64,000 nt of DNA, from the NCBI GenBank assembly GCA_965662265.1, contig CBFIGX010000003.1:8608-72607 (forward strand), in the 5' to 3' direction. Below, in pieces: positions 18,500 to 28,700 of the stretch. The stretch comes from Flavobacteriales bacterium. GTDB lineage: Bacteria; Bacteroidota; Bacteroidia; Flavobacteriales; UBA7430. Numbering within the stretch: position 1 is the first letter of the stretch; every line of letters starts with the position of its first letter. The translations under genes and the position numbers were made by a program. The notes beneath the pieces are model-generated. The model ran no database searches and had not been told where the DNA came from. It saw only the letters and a program-made list of their open reading frames with translations.

Positions 18500-20790
18500 T
18501 GGCTATAAAAAAGAACTTAATAACATGGTTTATACGATTATTTTGGATGGCTATCTTAGTGCCCATTGCTACTATTACTCTGGGCGTATGGAGTGCTTCA
18601 ATGGGTTGGTTTGGACCATTACCCACTTTCGAAGAACTTGAAAACCCCAAACAAAATTTAGCCACTGAAATATATGCTTCAGATGGCGTACTTTTAGGTA
18701 AGTTCTTTTATGAAAATAGATCTCCAGTTACATATAATGAATTATCTCCACATTTAGTTAATGCACTTATTGCAACAGAAGATGAGCGCTACAGAAATCA
18801 TTCTGGTATTGATGTGAAATCTCTTGCTAGAGCCGTTTATGGAGCTTTAACAGGAAATTCTGCAGGAGGAGGGTCTACTCTTACGCAACAACTATCTAAA
18901 ATGCTCTTTACAGATATATCTTATGATAGAGGAACGGGCATATTTAGTAAGGTAAAATATATTGTTGAGAGAATCACTCAAAAATTTAAGGAATGGGTTA
19001 TTTCAGTAAGATTAGAGCGCAATTTTACTAAAGATGAAATTGTAACAATGTACCTCAACAAATTTGACTTTTTATATTTAGCTGTTGGAATAAAGTCGGC
19101 CGCAAAAATTTATTACAATACAACTCCAGCCAATTTAAATATTGAACAAGCTGCTGTATTGGTAGGAATGGCAAAAAACCCTTCTTTATATAATCCTAAG
19201 AGGTTCCCAGAAAACTCTATGAATAGGAGGAATGTTGTCTTGGGTCAGATGTATAGAAATAATTTATTAACGAAGTCCTCATTAGACTCCTTATCCTCAC
19301 TCCCTATAGAACTAGACTTCAAGCGAACAAATCATAATGATGGATTAGCACCTTATTTTAGAGAATACCTTCGTAAACATATGAAGTCTTGGCTTCAAGA
19401 AAATAAAAAACCTGATGGCACACCATATAATTTATATTCAGACGGTTTGAAAATTTATACCACAATTGATTCGCGTATGCAGAAATATGCTGAAGAAGCT
19501 GTTGCCACACACATGCCTATTCTTCAAGATCAATTTTATAATCATTGGGACGGAGATGGTGAAGAATACGCTAACGCACCTTTTGATATGGAGTTACGAC
19601 CAGGGCAAGTAGATACCATATTACTAACTTCTTTAAAAAGATCTGAACGTTATAGAAAATTGCGTGTTGCAAATGCTTCAGAGAATCAAATTAACACAGC
19701 ATTTAATACACCAACAAAAATGAATGTGTTTACTTGGAATGGAGGAGTCGACACAATAATGTCTCCAATGGATTCCATTTTACACTATAAATATTTACTT
19801 CAAACAGGGATGATGTCTATGGATCCACATACAGGTTATATAAAAGCCTGGGTAGGTGGAATAGATCATCATTACTTCAAATATGATCATGTTAAAGAAG
19901 GTAAGCGGCAAGTAGGTTCTACATTTAAACCTTTTGTTTATGCAACTGCTATCGATCAACATAACTACTCGCCGTGTATGACTGTTCCTAACATACAGGT
20001 TATATTCGAAAAGGAAACATGGGGCTTAGAAGAAGATTGGGTGCCTCAAAATTCTAGTAAGAAATACGGTGGTGTGCTAAACTTAAAGGAGGCGTTAGCA
20101 AATTCTGTTAACACTGTGTCAGCTTATATGATGAAGCAAGTGGGACCTAGAAAGGTACGAAGTATGGCTAGGGCTATGGGATTAAAGTCAAGGATTCCAC
20201 CAGCGCCGTCAATTTGTTTAGGAACTCCAGATGTGTCCGTATATGAAATGGTTGGAGCATACTCAACATTTGCTAATAAAGGAGTTTACACCACCCCACT
20301 TTTTTTAAACAGAATAGAAGATAAAAATGGCGTTATATTAGATCAATTTAGTCCGTTTACCAAAGAGGTGCTAAGCGAAGAAAAAGCTTATGTTTTACTA
20401 GATCTCATGCAAGGAGTCACAACTAAAGGATCTGGGGCTAGACTAAGATGGCGTTATGGGTTTAAGAATCAGATTGCAGGTAAAACAGGAACAACTCAAA
20501 ACCAATCTGATGGTTGGTTTATGGGAATAGTACCTAACTTGGTTACTGGAGTTTGGACAGGCGCAGAAGACCGTGCTGTTCATTTCAGGTCTATAACGCT
20601 TGGTCAAGGAGCGAATATGGCACTGCCAATTTGGGCTGAATTTATGACAAGAGTTTACAAGGACAAAGATTTAGGTATTTCATTAGCTAATTTTGATGAA
20701 CCAAACACTCTATCAATAGAGTTAGATTGTGATAACTTTATAAAAGAAACTATTGATTTTGACAACTCCGAAGGAGATGAAGAATTTTAA
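18499..20790 (+). CDS. mrcA: Bifunctional penicillin-binding protein 1A (transglycosylase/transpeptidase)
   Basis: GT51 motifs EDERYRNHSGID and GGSTLTQQL. Transpeptidase motifs STFKPFVY (SxxK), SVN and KTGTT. Its start overlaps the gldH stop (TAATG). Confidence 0.9.
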   Translation: MAIKKNLITWFIRLFWMAILVPIATITLGVWSASMGWFGPLPTFEELENPKQNLATEIYASDGVLLGKFFYENRSPVTYNELSPHLVNALIATEDERYRNHSGIDVKSLARAVYGALTGNSAGGGSTLTQQLSKMLFTDISYDRGTGIFSKVKYIVERITQKFKEWVISVRLERNFTKDEIVTMYLNKFDFLYLAVGIKSAAKIYYNTTPANLNIEQAAVLVGMAKNPSLYNPKRFPENSMNRRNVVLGQMYRNNLLTKSSLDSLSSLPIELDFKRTNHNDGLAPYFREYLRKHMKSWLQENKKPDGTPYNLYSDGLKIYTTIDSRMQKYAEEAVATHMPILQDQFYNHWDGDGEEYANAPFDMELRPGQVDTILLTSLKRSERYRKLRVANASENQINTAFNTPTKMNVFTWNGGVDTIMSPMDSILHYKYLLQTGMMSMDPHTGYIKAWVGGIDHHYFKYDHVKEGKRQVGSTFKPFVYATAIDQHNYSPCMTVPNIQVIFEKETWGLEEDWVPQNSSKKYGGVLNLKEALANSVNTVSAYMMKQVGPRKVRSMARAMGLKSRIPPAPSICLGTPDVSVYEMVGAYSTFANKGVYTTPLFLNRIEDKNGVILDQFSPFTKEVLSEEKAYVLLDLMQGVTTKGSGARLRWRYGFKNQIAGKTGTTQNQSDGWFMGIVPNLVTGVWTGAEDRAVHFRSITLGQGANMALPIWAEFMTRVYKDKDLGISLANFDEPNTLSIELDCDNFIKETIDFDNSEGDEEF

Positions 20791-20799
20791 CGATTATTT

Positions 20800-21498
20800 A
20801 TGATAAACAAAGTAGTAGAAGATGTATCATCAGCTTTAGAAGGTGTTCAAGATGACATGACTATCATGTTAGGTGGTTTTGGTCTTTGTGGGATTCCAGA
20901 AAATAGCATAAATGAGTTGGTAAGAATGGGAATCAGGGGTCTTACATGTATTTCGAATAATGCAGGTGTAGACGATTTCGGTCTTGGTTTACTCTTACAA
21001 GAAAAACAAATTAAGAAAATGATATCTTCTTACGTAGGAGAAAACGAAGAGTTTGAACGTCAAATGTTAAGCGGAGAACTTGAGGTAGATCTCATACCAC
21101 AGGGATCGCTGGCTGAAAGGTGCAGAGCTGCTGGGGCTGGAATTCCTGCCTTCTATACCCCAGCAGGATATGGAACTGAAATAGCACATGGAAAAGAAAC
21201 GCGTGTGTTTAATGGTAAACCTCACATATTAGAGATGGCGTTAGAAGCTGACTTTGCTATTGTGAAAGCATGGAAAGGCGACACAGCAGGTAATTTAATC
21301 TATAAGGCTACAGCTAAGAATTTTAATCCAATGATGGCCATGGCTGGAAAGATAACAATTGCAGAGGTTGAAAATCTAGTGCCAGCAGGAAGTTTAGATC
21401 CAAACGAAATTCATACTCCAGGTATTTTTGTCCAACGAGTTTTTCAGGGCCTTAATTTTGAGAAAAGAATCGAGCAACGAACGGTTAGAACAAGGTAA
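20800..21498 (+). CDS. scoA: 3-oxoacid CoA-transferase subunit A
   Basis: Family I CoA-transferase A-subunit pattern: [12 protein letters not shown] and [21 protein letters not shown]. Confidence 0.85.
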   Translation: MINKVVEDVSSALEGVQDDMTIMLGGFGLCGIPENSINELVRMGIRGLTCISNNAGVDDFGLGLLLQEKQIKKMISSYVGENEEFERQMLSGELEVDLIPQGSLAERCRAAGAGIPAFYTPAGYGTEIAHGKETRVFNGKPHILEMALEADFAIVKAWKGDTAGNLIYKATAKNFNPMMAMAGKITIAEVENLVPAGSLDPNEIHTPGIFVQRVFQGLNFEKRIEQRTVRTR

Positions 21499-21499
21499 T

Positions 21500-22162
21500 A
21501 TGGCTATAGACAAAATAGGTATTGCAAAACGAATTGCAAAAGAACTAAAAGATGGCTACTATGTGAATCTAGGTATAGGTATCCCAACACTTGTAGCTAA
21601 CTATATACCAAACGATATTAACGTTGAGTTTCAATCAGAGAATGGGATTTTAGGTATGGGTCCTTTCCCTTTTGATGGTGATGAAGATGCAGACTTAATT
21701 AATGCTGGAAAGCAAACAATTACAGCACTTAAGGGTGCTGTTTATTTTGATTCTGCAACAAGTTTCGCTATGATACGAGGACAACATGTACAACTAACAG
21801 TATTAGGAGCTATGGAAGTTTCTGAGCATGGCGATATTGCGAACTGGAAGATTCCAGGTAAAATGGTGAAAGGTATGGGAGGGGCTATGGATTTAGTTGC
21901 CTCTGCCGATAACATCATTGTTGCAATGATGCATACCAACAAAAAAGGAGCATCAAAATTACTTAAATCATGTTCCCTACCTCTTACTGGTGTTGGATGC
22001 GTGAAAAAAATTGTCACCAATCTAGCAGTAATTGAAGTGCTGCCACAAGGAGGGTTTAAATTGTTAGAAAGGGCGCCGGGTGTTAGTGTAGATCAGATAA
22101 AGGCTGCTACAGAGGGTAGTTTAGTAATTGAAGGCGATATTCCTGAAATGAATATCACTTAA
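21500..22162 (+). CDS. scoB: 3-oxoacid CoA-transferase subunit B
   Basis: [10 protein letters not shown] and the active-site SENG motif ([13 protein letters not shown]). The ATG at 21500 lies 1 nt after the scoA stop. Confidence 0.85.
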   Translation: MAIDKIGIAKRIAKELKDGYYVNLGIGIPTLVANYIPNDINVEFQSENGILGMGPFPFDGDEDADLINAGKQTITALKGAVYFDSATSFAMIRGQHVQLTVLGAMEVSEHGDIANWKIPGKMVKGMGGAMDLVASADNIIVAMMHTNKKGASKLLKSCSLPLTGVGCVKKIVTNLAVIEVLPQGGFKLLERAPGVSVDQIKAATEGSLVIEGDIPEMNIT

Positions 22163-22818
22163 GCTCTAGCTAAAGTTAGCATTGAACATACTGTTAAAGT
22201 TTCTTTCTGAATAATAGATGCACATGCTTCCAGTGTTGCACCTGTTGTAAACACATCATCAATCAAGAGAATGTGTTTGTTTTTCAGCAAGGAATTATCT
22301 TGTATCTCAAAAGCATTTTTTACATTTCTCCATCTACTTAATTTGTTTTTTCTAGTTTGACTATCAGTGTCCACTTTTCGGTGAAGTATTGATGTATTAA
22401 TTGGTATGTTGTGTACTTGTTGAATACCAATAGCAATTAACTCACTTTGATTATAACCTCTAAGTTTTTGTTTATCAGGATGTAATGGCACAGGAACCAT
22501 AATGTCTACGTGCCCCATAAATGCCCAATCCAATTTTTTAGCCATACAGTTGCTAACATAAATAGCTAGTTGTTGTTGGTTTTGATACTTTATTTTATGT
22601 ACCAAACCTTGTGTTAGGTCTTCCTTAGAGTAATCCAAGAAGGAATAACCACTATCAATAGCCACTCGTCCTTTTAGATAATCCTTGATGTAAGTTTTGT
22701 TTACAGTTACTTGATGAATCAGATAGAGTTCACACTCTAAACATAGATACTCTTTTGATGAAATGATTCTAGCACATGATCCGCAGAGCTTAGGTAAAAT
22801 TAAATCTATTAGATTCAT
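22159..22818 (-). CDS. ComF-family phosphoribosyltransferase-like protein
   Basis: N-terminal Cys pairs (CGSC...CLEC) and a C-terminal PRTase motif [14 protein letters not shown]. Confidence 0.75.
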   Translation of the reverse strand: MNLIDLILPKLCGSCARIISSKEYLCLECELYLIHQVTVNKTYIKDYLKGRVAIDSGYSFLDYSKEDLTQGLVHKIKYQNQQQLAIYVSNCMAKKLDWAFMGHVDIMVPVPLHPDKQKLRGYNQSELIAIGIQQVHNIPINTSILHRKVDTDSQTRKNKLSRWRNVKNAFEIQDNSLLKNKHILLIDDVFTTGATLEACASIIQKETLTVCSMLTLARA

Positions 22819-22937
22819 AATATTTATAAAAAATGTAGTTCATCAAAATAATAATATTTAAGGTGCTATGTTATGAGTAATAACTATCAAATCTTGAACG
22901 ATATTACTTATCTTTTCAGAATTAAACAATTAAGCTT

Positions 22938-23705
22938 ATGCCTAGAATAATTTCTTATAATGTAAATGGAATCCGTGCTGCGTTAAAAAAAAATTGGGAT
23001 AAATGGGCCAAAGATAGCGGCGCAGACGTTATCTGTTTACAAGAAACAAAAGCTCATCCTGAACAAATTGATACAGCTATTTTTGAAAAATTAGGTTATT
23101 ATCATTATTGGTTTTCAGCAGAAAAAAAAGGCTACAGTGGTGTAGCTATTTTAACAAAAGAAAAACCATTAAACGTATGTTATGGTTGCGGTATAGATGC
23201 TTATGATATAGAGGGGCGAATACTAAGAGTTGACTTTAAGAATTTTTCAGTTATTTCAGTTTATATTCCGTCTGGAACTATGGGTGGCCCTAGACAAGTT
23301 TACAAAATGCAATTTTTGTCAGATTTTCAAGAATACATCAATAACTTAAAAAAGGATATACCAAATTTAGTCGTATCTGGAGACTACAACATTTGTCATG
23401 AAGCTATTGATATACATAATCCTATTGCAAATAAAAACTCATCAGGTTTTTTACCTGAAGAAAGAGCATGGATTAGCAACTTTATAGACTCAGGTTTTGT
23501 AGATAGTTTTAGACATTTAAATAAAAATCCAGAAAACTATTCTTGGTGGTCCTACAGAGCGGCTTCAAGAGCCCGAAATAAAGGGTGGAGAATAGATTAT
23601 AATATGATAAGCGAATCGCTACTCCCAAGACTAAAAAGAGCATTAATACTTAGCCAAGCTAAACATTCCGATCATTGTCCTATTTTAGTAGATATAGAGG
23701 ATTAA
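22938..23705 (+). CDS. xth: Exodeoxyribonuclease III
   Basis: IISYNVNGIRA, CLQETK, WSYRAASRARNKGWRIDY and SDHCPI. Confidence 0.9.
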   Translation: MPRIISYNVNGIRAALKKNWDKWAKDSGADVICLQETKAHPEQIDTAIFEKLGYYHYWFSAEKKGYSGVAILTKEKPLNVCYGCGIDAYDIEGRILRVDFKNFSVISVYIPSGTMGGPRQVYKMQFLSDFQEYINNLKKDIPNLVVSGDYNICHEAIDIHNPIANKNSSGFLPEERAWISNFIDSGFVDSFRHLNKNPENYSWWSYRAASRARNKGWRIDYNMISESLLPRLKRALILSQAKHSDHCPILVDIED

Positions 23706-23715
23706 ATAGACACCA

Positions 23716-25818
23716 TTAATTTACAATAATTCTTAAAGTCTGCGTGTAAGATTCTGATTCATAAATAAGCCAATACGAACCCGATTTTATATTTTGTTTG
23801 AGACTATGTAATGAGATGCTGTGAGAGCCAGAGCTATAATGGTTTATTTTGCGCCCTATTTCACGACCTAGAAGGTCGTATAGGCTTAGTTTAATTTTAG
23901 AATTAGTAAGCACTTCAAATGAAATCAAAGAATTTCCATCACTTGGATTAGGATAAATATTAAGATCAGGACCTTTCATTTTTTGTGATTCTATATCTAA
24001 TAAGGGCACACCAAATTGAATATGGTCAATGTAGAGATAATTACCGCCAGAACCACTAAACTCAAATAAAACCTGAACTTCATCATTCCCAACCCAACTA
24101 TTAAGTGACAACCTTTCTGTTTCCCACTCTTCACTAGAAGGTTCAAATGGGAGCAAAAAGTTGTTTGGGTTAGTTTGAAGATCTTCGGAATCTTTCGATA
24201 GTCTCTTTTGCCAAGTTGTACCACAGTTACCTGATATTTTAACAACAAGTTCATCATCAGTTGCTGAATTTCTTTTCACGTAGGCATAATCAAAATAGAG
24301 GTAACTTGGTGAGGAAACATTTGATAAGTCGAAAATAGGTGAATATAAATTTCTTGTCTTATCATCATCAAAATAGAGGCTCCTAATTCTCAAAGATCCA
24401 TCAGAGTTAGTAGAGCTTAAATTGTCCCATTGCCATGTCTCACCATCGTTATCGTCGGAGATATACCATGCATCATTTGGGCTTGTTGATGATAAGAAAT
24501 CAGAATTAGTGAATTTATATTCGGTAGGCGCAACAATACTAAGATCTGCATCCTGAACATGTATGCTATTTTCCATAACTTTAGTTGAAGGACCTCCTTC
24601 GGTAGTAATTGTTAGAGTCGTTGTATAGTCTCCAGCCGAAGTGTATATAACAGATGGATTGGCATCTGTTGATGTACTTGGAACTCCGCCCTCAAATTCC
24701 CACAGATAGCTATATGCAGAATCGTAATTGTAAGAGAGGTTACTCCAATAAACAGGAACGTTTGAACAACTTATTACAGATTGTGGTTCAAAGTCAACAT
24801 AGGCAAGACAATCCGGTTGATTGTAGTTTTCGTGAGTTCCTGTAAGCCATAAGTTTTCATCTGTCCATAAATTAGTTCTTGCAGCATTTGCATATATATA
24901 ACCCACTTCAAGTGCTGCCCTCATTCGGTTTTTTTGCCCCTCCGAGTACATTTTGCCACAAGAAGAATAGTCCATAAAATTTTGAACGTTATCAAGACTA
25001 CCACAAGTATTTTGATTTAGATTACAGCCTAGATTAGATCCAATCGTGTTTGGTGTATCATCTACATTGTCGTCCATATCACAATTTTCCTCTAGATAAT
25101 TATCATTTGTGCTCCCCCAGGTATGTTTTAAATTAAGGTAGTGTCCTATTTCGTGCGTTAGTGAGCGTGATGAAAAATTACCACCATTAGAGGCTCCTAT
25201 ACTTCCAAACTGACTTGACCTGATTACAATTCCTGCATTTAAATCGTTGTTTGGAGCTGCTCCAGGGTAATAGGAATAACCTCCTGCACCACTAGCTATA
25301 TTGTCAACAACCCATATATTTAAATACATTCTAGGATCCCACCTTACTATGTCTTTTACATTTTCTCCAGCATCGTGAGTTAGTATGCTATAATTTCGGG
25401 TAATTCCTTTTGTACAGTTTCCATCAGGATCTAGATTTGCTAGTTTAAATTTGACGCCTATATTGGCTATTTGAGCTTCAAAGTTACTGATGATTTGTGA
25501 TGTGTCAGAATTATTTTTGGTGAAGTCTTCATTTATAATCCGCATAGCATCATGAATTTGCTGATCCGAAATGTTGTTATTGTCATTGGAGTATATGACG
25601 TGAATTACTACTGGTATAGTGTATATTTCGTCATTTTTTGACCAGCCTGAAGCAAGAAGAGCATTGATTTGATTTTCTAACTTCCTTTGATTCAAAATAA
25701 GTTGAGGCTCATGTTCTTGGGCCAACTTTACCATTTCAACTGTACCACAAGTCCTATATTCTTGACCAAAAGAAACGAAGTAGGTTATTAGTAGAAAAAT
25801 AAATGAATTTACTTTCAT
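23716..25818 (-). CDS. M43-family zinc metalloprotease with T9SS C-terminal sorting domain (paralog of 7053..9236)
   Basis: HEIGHYLNLKH. PKD-like YLWEFEGGVPSTSTDANP...TLTITTEGG. C-terminus IYPNPSDGNSLISF...GSYWLIYES. I chose the ATG at 25818 (MKVNSFIFLLITYFVSFGQ). Confidence 0.8.
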   Translation of the reverse strand: MKVNSFIFLLITYFVSFGQEYRTCGTVEMVKLAQEHEPQLILNQRKLENQINALLASGWSKNDEIYTIPVVIHVIYSNDNNNISDQQIHDAMRIINEDFTKNNSDTSQIISNFEAQIANIGVKFKLANLDPDGNCTKGITRNYSILTHDAGENVKDIVRWDPRMYLNIWVVDNIASGAGGYSYYPGAAPNNDLNAGIVIRSSQFGSIGASNGGNFSSRSLTHEIGHYLNLKHTWGSTNDNYLEENCDMDDNVDDTPNTIGSNLGCNLNQNTCGSLDNVQNFMDYSSCGKMYSEGQKNRMRAALEVGYIYANAARTNLWTDENLWLTGTHENYNQPDCLAYVDFEPQSVISCSNVPVYWSNLSYNYDSAYSYLWEFEGGVPSTSTDANPSVIYTSAGDYTTTLTITTEGGPSTKVMENSIHVQDADLSIVAPTEYKFTNSDFLSSTSPNDAWYISDDNDGETWQWDNLSSTNSDGSLRIRSLYFDDDKTRNLYSPIFDLSNVSSPSYLYFDYAYVKRNSATDDELVVKISGNCGTTWQKRLSKDSEDLQTNPNNFLLPFEPSSEEWETERLSLNSWVGNDEVQVLFEFSGSGGNYLYIDHIQFGVPLLDIESQKMKGPDLNIYPNPSDGNSLISFEVLTNSKIKLSLYDLLGREIGRKINHYSSGSHSISLHSLKQNIKSGSYWLIYESESYTQTLRIIVN

Positions 25819-25883
25819 ATCGTTATTATATTTATGATACAAATCTACTAAATTAGTGCGGACAAACATATTAATGCTCTACC

Positions 25884-26819
25884 ATGAATTTAAATTACAC
25901 CATTTTCTTATTACTGATAGCAACCATAGCACAATCGTGTGTGTCTCTCAACAAATACAGAGAACTCGATGGTAAATACGCGATCTCTAGCCAAGCTCTA
26001 GACTCATTGAAATACATGAATAACGAAATATCAATTGCAAATGATGAATTAAGTGAAAATATATTGCGACTAACTAGAAGAAAAAGTGGTTTAGAACAGG
26101 ACACATTAGAGCTTGGAATTGCAATCAGAAAAAAACAACGAGCCTATAATGATTTAAGCACTTCATATGAAGTACTAATTCAAAATAATTCTTCAACAAT
26201 GGCTAAGCAAGCTAAGAAAAATAGAGCTTTGTTAGAACAATTAGGAGAAATGGATTTGGATTTACAAGAAAGAGAGCGACTGTTAGTTCAAAGAGAAGAA
26301 GACTTAAAGCATTTGCGCAGTAAGCTCATCCAAAAAGATAAAGATCTAGAGCAGCTAAAAACTATGGTTAGCTCGGCCCTTCTTAGTTTTCAAGGAGAAG
26401 GGTTGTCTGTTAATCACAGAGATGGAAAACTTTATGTTTCTCTTGAAAATAGCTTGCTTTTTTCTTCTGGAAGCTGGGCAGTAAATGACAAGGGAGTTAA
26501 GGCCATTACTAAATTATCATCGGTTCTTAGCCAACAGCCAGGACTACAAATTATGGTTGAAGGACATACAGACAATGTCCCGTTTAATGGAACGGGTTTA
26601 ATTAAGGATAACTGGGATTTAAGCGTAATGAGAGCTACAGCAATAGTTAGAATTATGGCTAATAATAAGGGCATAAAGCTAGAGAATATAACAGCTTCTG
26701 GAAAAGGAGAAACCAAACCTTTGGTGCCCAATAATTCTTCAGAAAATAGAGCCGTAAACAGAAGAACTGAGATTATTCTTTCTCCAAATATTGATGATTT
26801 ACTCGACTTATTGGATTAA
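25884..26819 (+). CDS. OmpA-family lipoprotein with a coiled-coil region
   Basis: Lipobox-like IAQSC, a long heptad-rich middle region, and a C-terminal OmpA-like motif (GHTDNVP...NWDLSVMRA...NRRTEI). Confidence 0.8.
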   Translation: MNLNYTIFLLLIATIAQSCVSLNKYRELDGKYAISSQALDSLKYMNNEISIANDELSENILRLTRRKSGLEQDTLELGIAIRKKQRAYNDLSTSYEVLIQNNSSTMAKQAKKNRALLEQLGEMDLDLQERERLLVQREEDLKHLRSKLIQKDKDLEQLKTMVSSALLSFQGEGLSVNHRDGKLYVSLENSLLFSSGSWAVNDKGVKAITKLSSVLSQQPGLQIMVEGHTDNVPFNGTGLIKDNWDLSVMRATAIVRIMANNKGIKLENITASGKGETKPLVPNNSSENRAVNRRTEIILSPNIDDLLDLLD

Positions 26820-27616
26820 AGCATGTGCTCTTTTAAATTTATTTTTTTTCCAAAAAAATAAGTGGTGCTTTGCTCAAAAGAACTGGTATAATCAGATACG
26901 AAAAATTCATGGTCAGAATCCAGATCCTTGTTTGATTGAATATGATTTTTTTCAATGATAGATTTTACTCTTTTACCGACTAGTTTAGCAGAGTTAACTA
27001 TCGTTATACGATTATTGTAATACCTTTTAATTTCAGACTCTATCAAAGGGTAGTGAGTGCAAGCAAGAATTAAATGGTCAATATCAGTAAGCTTAGGGTT
27101 AGAAAGATAATTGTTGATGATAGTTTGAGATATTGTATTTTTATAGAAACCTTCTTCAATCATTGGGACCAACAATGGGCTGGCTAATGAACTCGTCTTA
27201 ACTGTTGCATTAAGTGATTCAATCTTTGACGCATAGACACCAGAGTTTATGGTGTTTTTTGTTCCAATTATCCCAACATTTTTCGCGTTTGTGTTTGCGG
27301 TGTAATTCACAATAGGATCTATAACATTAATTGTAATAGCTTTATCCTTACAGAGCTGTTTTACGCTTTCAAATGCCAAAGCTGAGGCCGTGTTGCAAGC
27401 AATAATAATGATTTTGCATTTTTTTTGTAGCAAGAATCGTGTAATCTGCTTGCTGTATCTAATAATTGCTTCTGGAGACTTGTCTCCATAGGGTAGGTGC
27501 TTGGTATCTCCAAAATATATTATTTTTTCATTAGGCAATACATTAGCTATTTCGTGTGCTACTGTTAGCCCTCCTATTCCAGAGTCAAAAATCCCTATTG
27601 CCTGCGAATGATTCAT
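26816..27616 (-). CDS. murI: Glutamate racemase
   Basis: IGIFDSGIGGLTV, and catalytic Cys motifs IIACNTAS and ILACTHYP. Confidence 0.9.
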   Translation of the reverse strand: MNHSQAIGIFDSGIGGLTVAHEIANVLPNEKIIYFGDTKHLPYGDKSPEAIIRYSKQITRFLLQKKCKIIIIACNTASALAFESVKQLCKDKAITINVIDPIVNYTANTNAKNVGIIGTKNTINSGVYASKIESLNATVKTSSLASPLLVPMIEEGFYKNTISQTIINNYLSNPKLTDIDHLILACTHYPLIESEIKRYYNNRITIVNSAKLVGKRVKSIIEKNHIQSNKDLDSDHEFFVSDYTSSFEQSTTYFFGKKINLKEHML

Positions 27617-27641
27617 AAAAAAAACATCCCCGAAGGGATGT
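27617..27641 (-). terminator. Rho-independent terminator hairpin with a UUCG loop, abutting the murI start
   Basis: The minus strand reads ACATCCC-TTCG-GGGATGT followed by TTTTTTT and then the murI ATG. It lies 9 nt downstream of the ompH stop at 27650. Confidence 0.7.
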
Positions 27642-27649
27642 TATATATT

Positions 27650-28153
27650 TTAAATGCCAAGCTTTGACTTCACAAGTGGCATAATGTCATGTGAGTCTTT
27701 TCCGTATACTATTGATCCTAAGCTGATATCAAAGATGTAGGTATAACCGTTTTCTTCTGCAACTTCGTTAATAGCATTTTGAGCTTTTTCTAGTAGAGGT
27801 GCTAAAACTTCATTTCTCTTTTGCTGGATAGATCCTTGACTTGATTGTTGAAATTCTTGAATTCTTACTTCTAAATCTTGAATTTCTTTCACTTTAGCTT
27901 CTTTAACGATATCTGTCATTAAAGCTTCGTTAGCTTGATATTCGCCTAATTTTGTTTGATACTCACCATACATTGCTTGAAGTTGTAATTCTAATGTTTG
28001 GTTGTATTCTTGAATGGCTTTATCAGCATCAGCAGTTTCAGGCATTTCCATTAACAATTGTTCAGAGTGGATGTGTCCAAATTTATCTTGAGCAAATAGT
28101 GCACTTGAAAAACTTGTTAAAACTACGATTGCTATTGCAGTGATTCTTTTCAT
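27650..28153 (-). CDS. OmpH/Skp-family periplasmic chaperone
   Basis: Signal peptide, a Gln/Glu-rich coiled-coil, the right size, and a position downstream of bamA. Confidence 0.8.
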   Translation of the reverse strand: MKRITAIAIVVLTSFSSALFAQDKFGHIHSEQLLMEMPETADADKAIQEYNQTLELQLQAMYGEYQTKLGEYQANEALMTDIVKEAKVKEIQDLEVRIQEFQQSSQGSIQQKRNEVLAPLLEKAQNAINEVAEENGYTYIFDISLGSIVYGKDSHDIMPLVKSKLGI

Positions 28154-28169
28154 TTTTTGTTTGTTATGA

Positions 28170-28682
28170 TTAATAATTATAACCTAGTTTATCTAGAATT
28201 AATTCACTTTTATCAAGGTTTTCATCTGCATATAGCATTAATAAATCACTTGACTTATCAAATATTATTGCATATCTACCTTCTTTGGCAAACTCCTGAA
28301 TGGCATTAAAAATTTGATTTTGAATTGGCCTAATAAGCTCTTCTTGCTTTTTAAATAGGTCACCTTCAGTTCCAAATCTAGTTTGCTGTAGTTCTTTTAC
28401 TGCTTGCTCTTTAGAAATAATTTCATCTTCCCTGGATTGTCTCATTTTGTCGGTAAGAAGAACTTTATCAGTTTGGTATGATCTATAAAGTTGATCTATT
28501 TCTTGATAGGACTCTTCAATTTCCTGTTGCCATTCAATGGATAACTCATCTAATTGGACTTTTGCTTGTTTATATTCTGGTATGTTTTCAAGTATAAATT
28601 GAGAGTCAACATATGCAAATTTTTGTGCCCATAACTGCCCTGAAACCAATGCCAGACACAGTAATAAAATTATTTTTTTCAT
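28170..28682 (-). CDS. OmpH/Skp-family periplasmic chaperone (second tandem copy)
   Basis: Signal peptide, FAYVDSQFIL opening, and coiled-coil composition. It sits immediately downstream of bamA. Confidence 0.8.
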   Translation of the reverse strand: MKKIILLLCLALVSGQLWAQKFAYVDSQFILENIPEYKQAKVQLDELSIEWQQEIEESYQEIDQLYRSYQTDKVLLTDKMRQSREDEIISKEQAVKELQQTRFGTEGDLFKKQEELIRPIQNQIFNAIQEFAKEGRYAIIFDKSSDLLMLYADENLDKSELILDKLGYNY

Positions 28683-28700
28683 AATGCGAATTTATATAAA

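Noticed and set aside
22159-22818. ComF as evidence of a competence system
   Set aside because: It is a single ComF-type PRTase-like gene with no comE/comG/pil genes nearby. This family is widespread as an isolated gene in Bacteroidota.
25884-26819. OmpA/MotB-like protein as a flagellar stator
   Set aside because: It has a lipoprotein signal and a coiled-coil rather than the MotB TM plug region. There is no motA or flagellar gene nearby, and the organism appears to be a T9SS glider.
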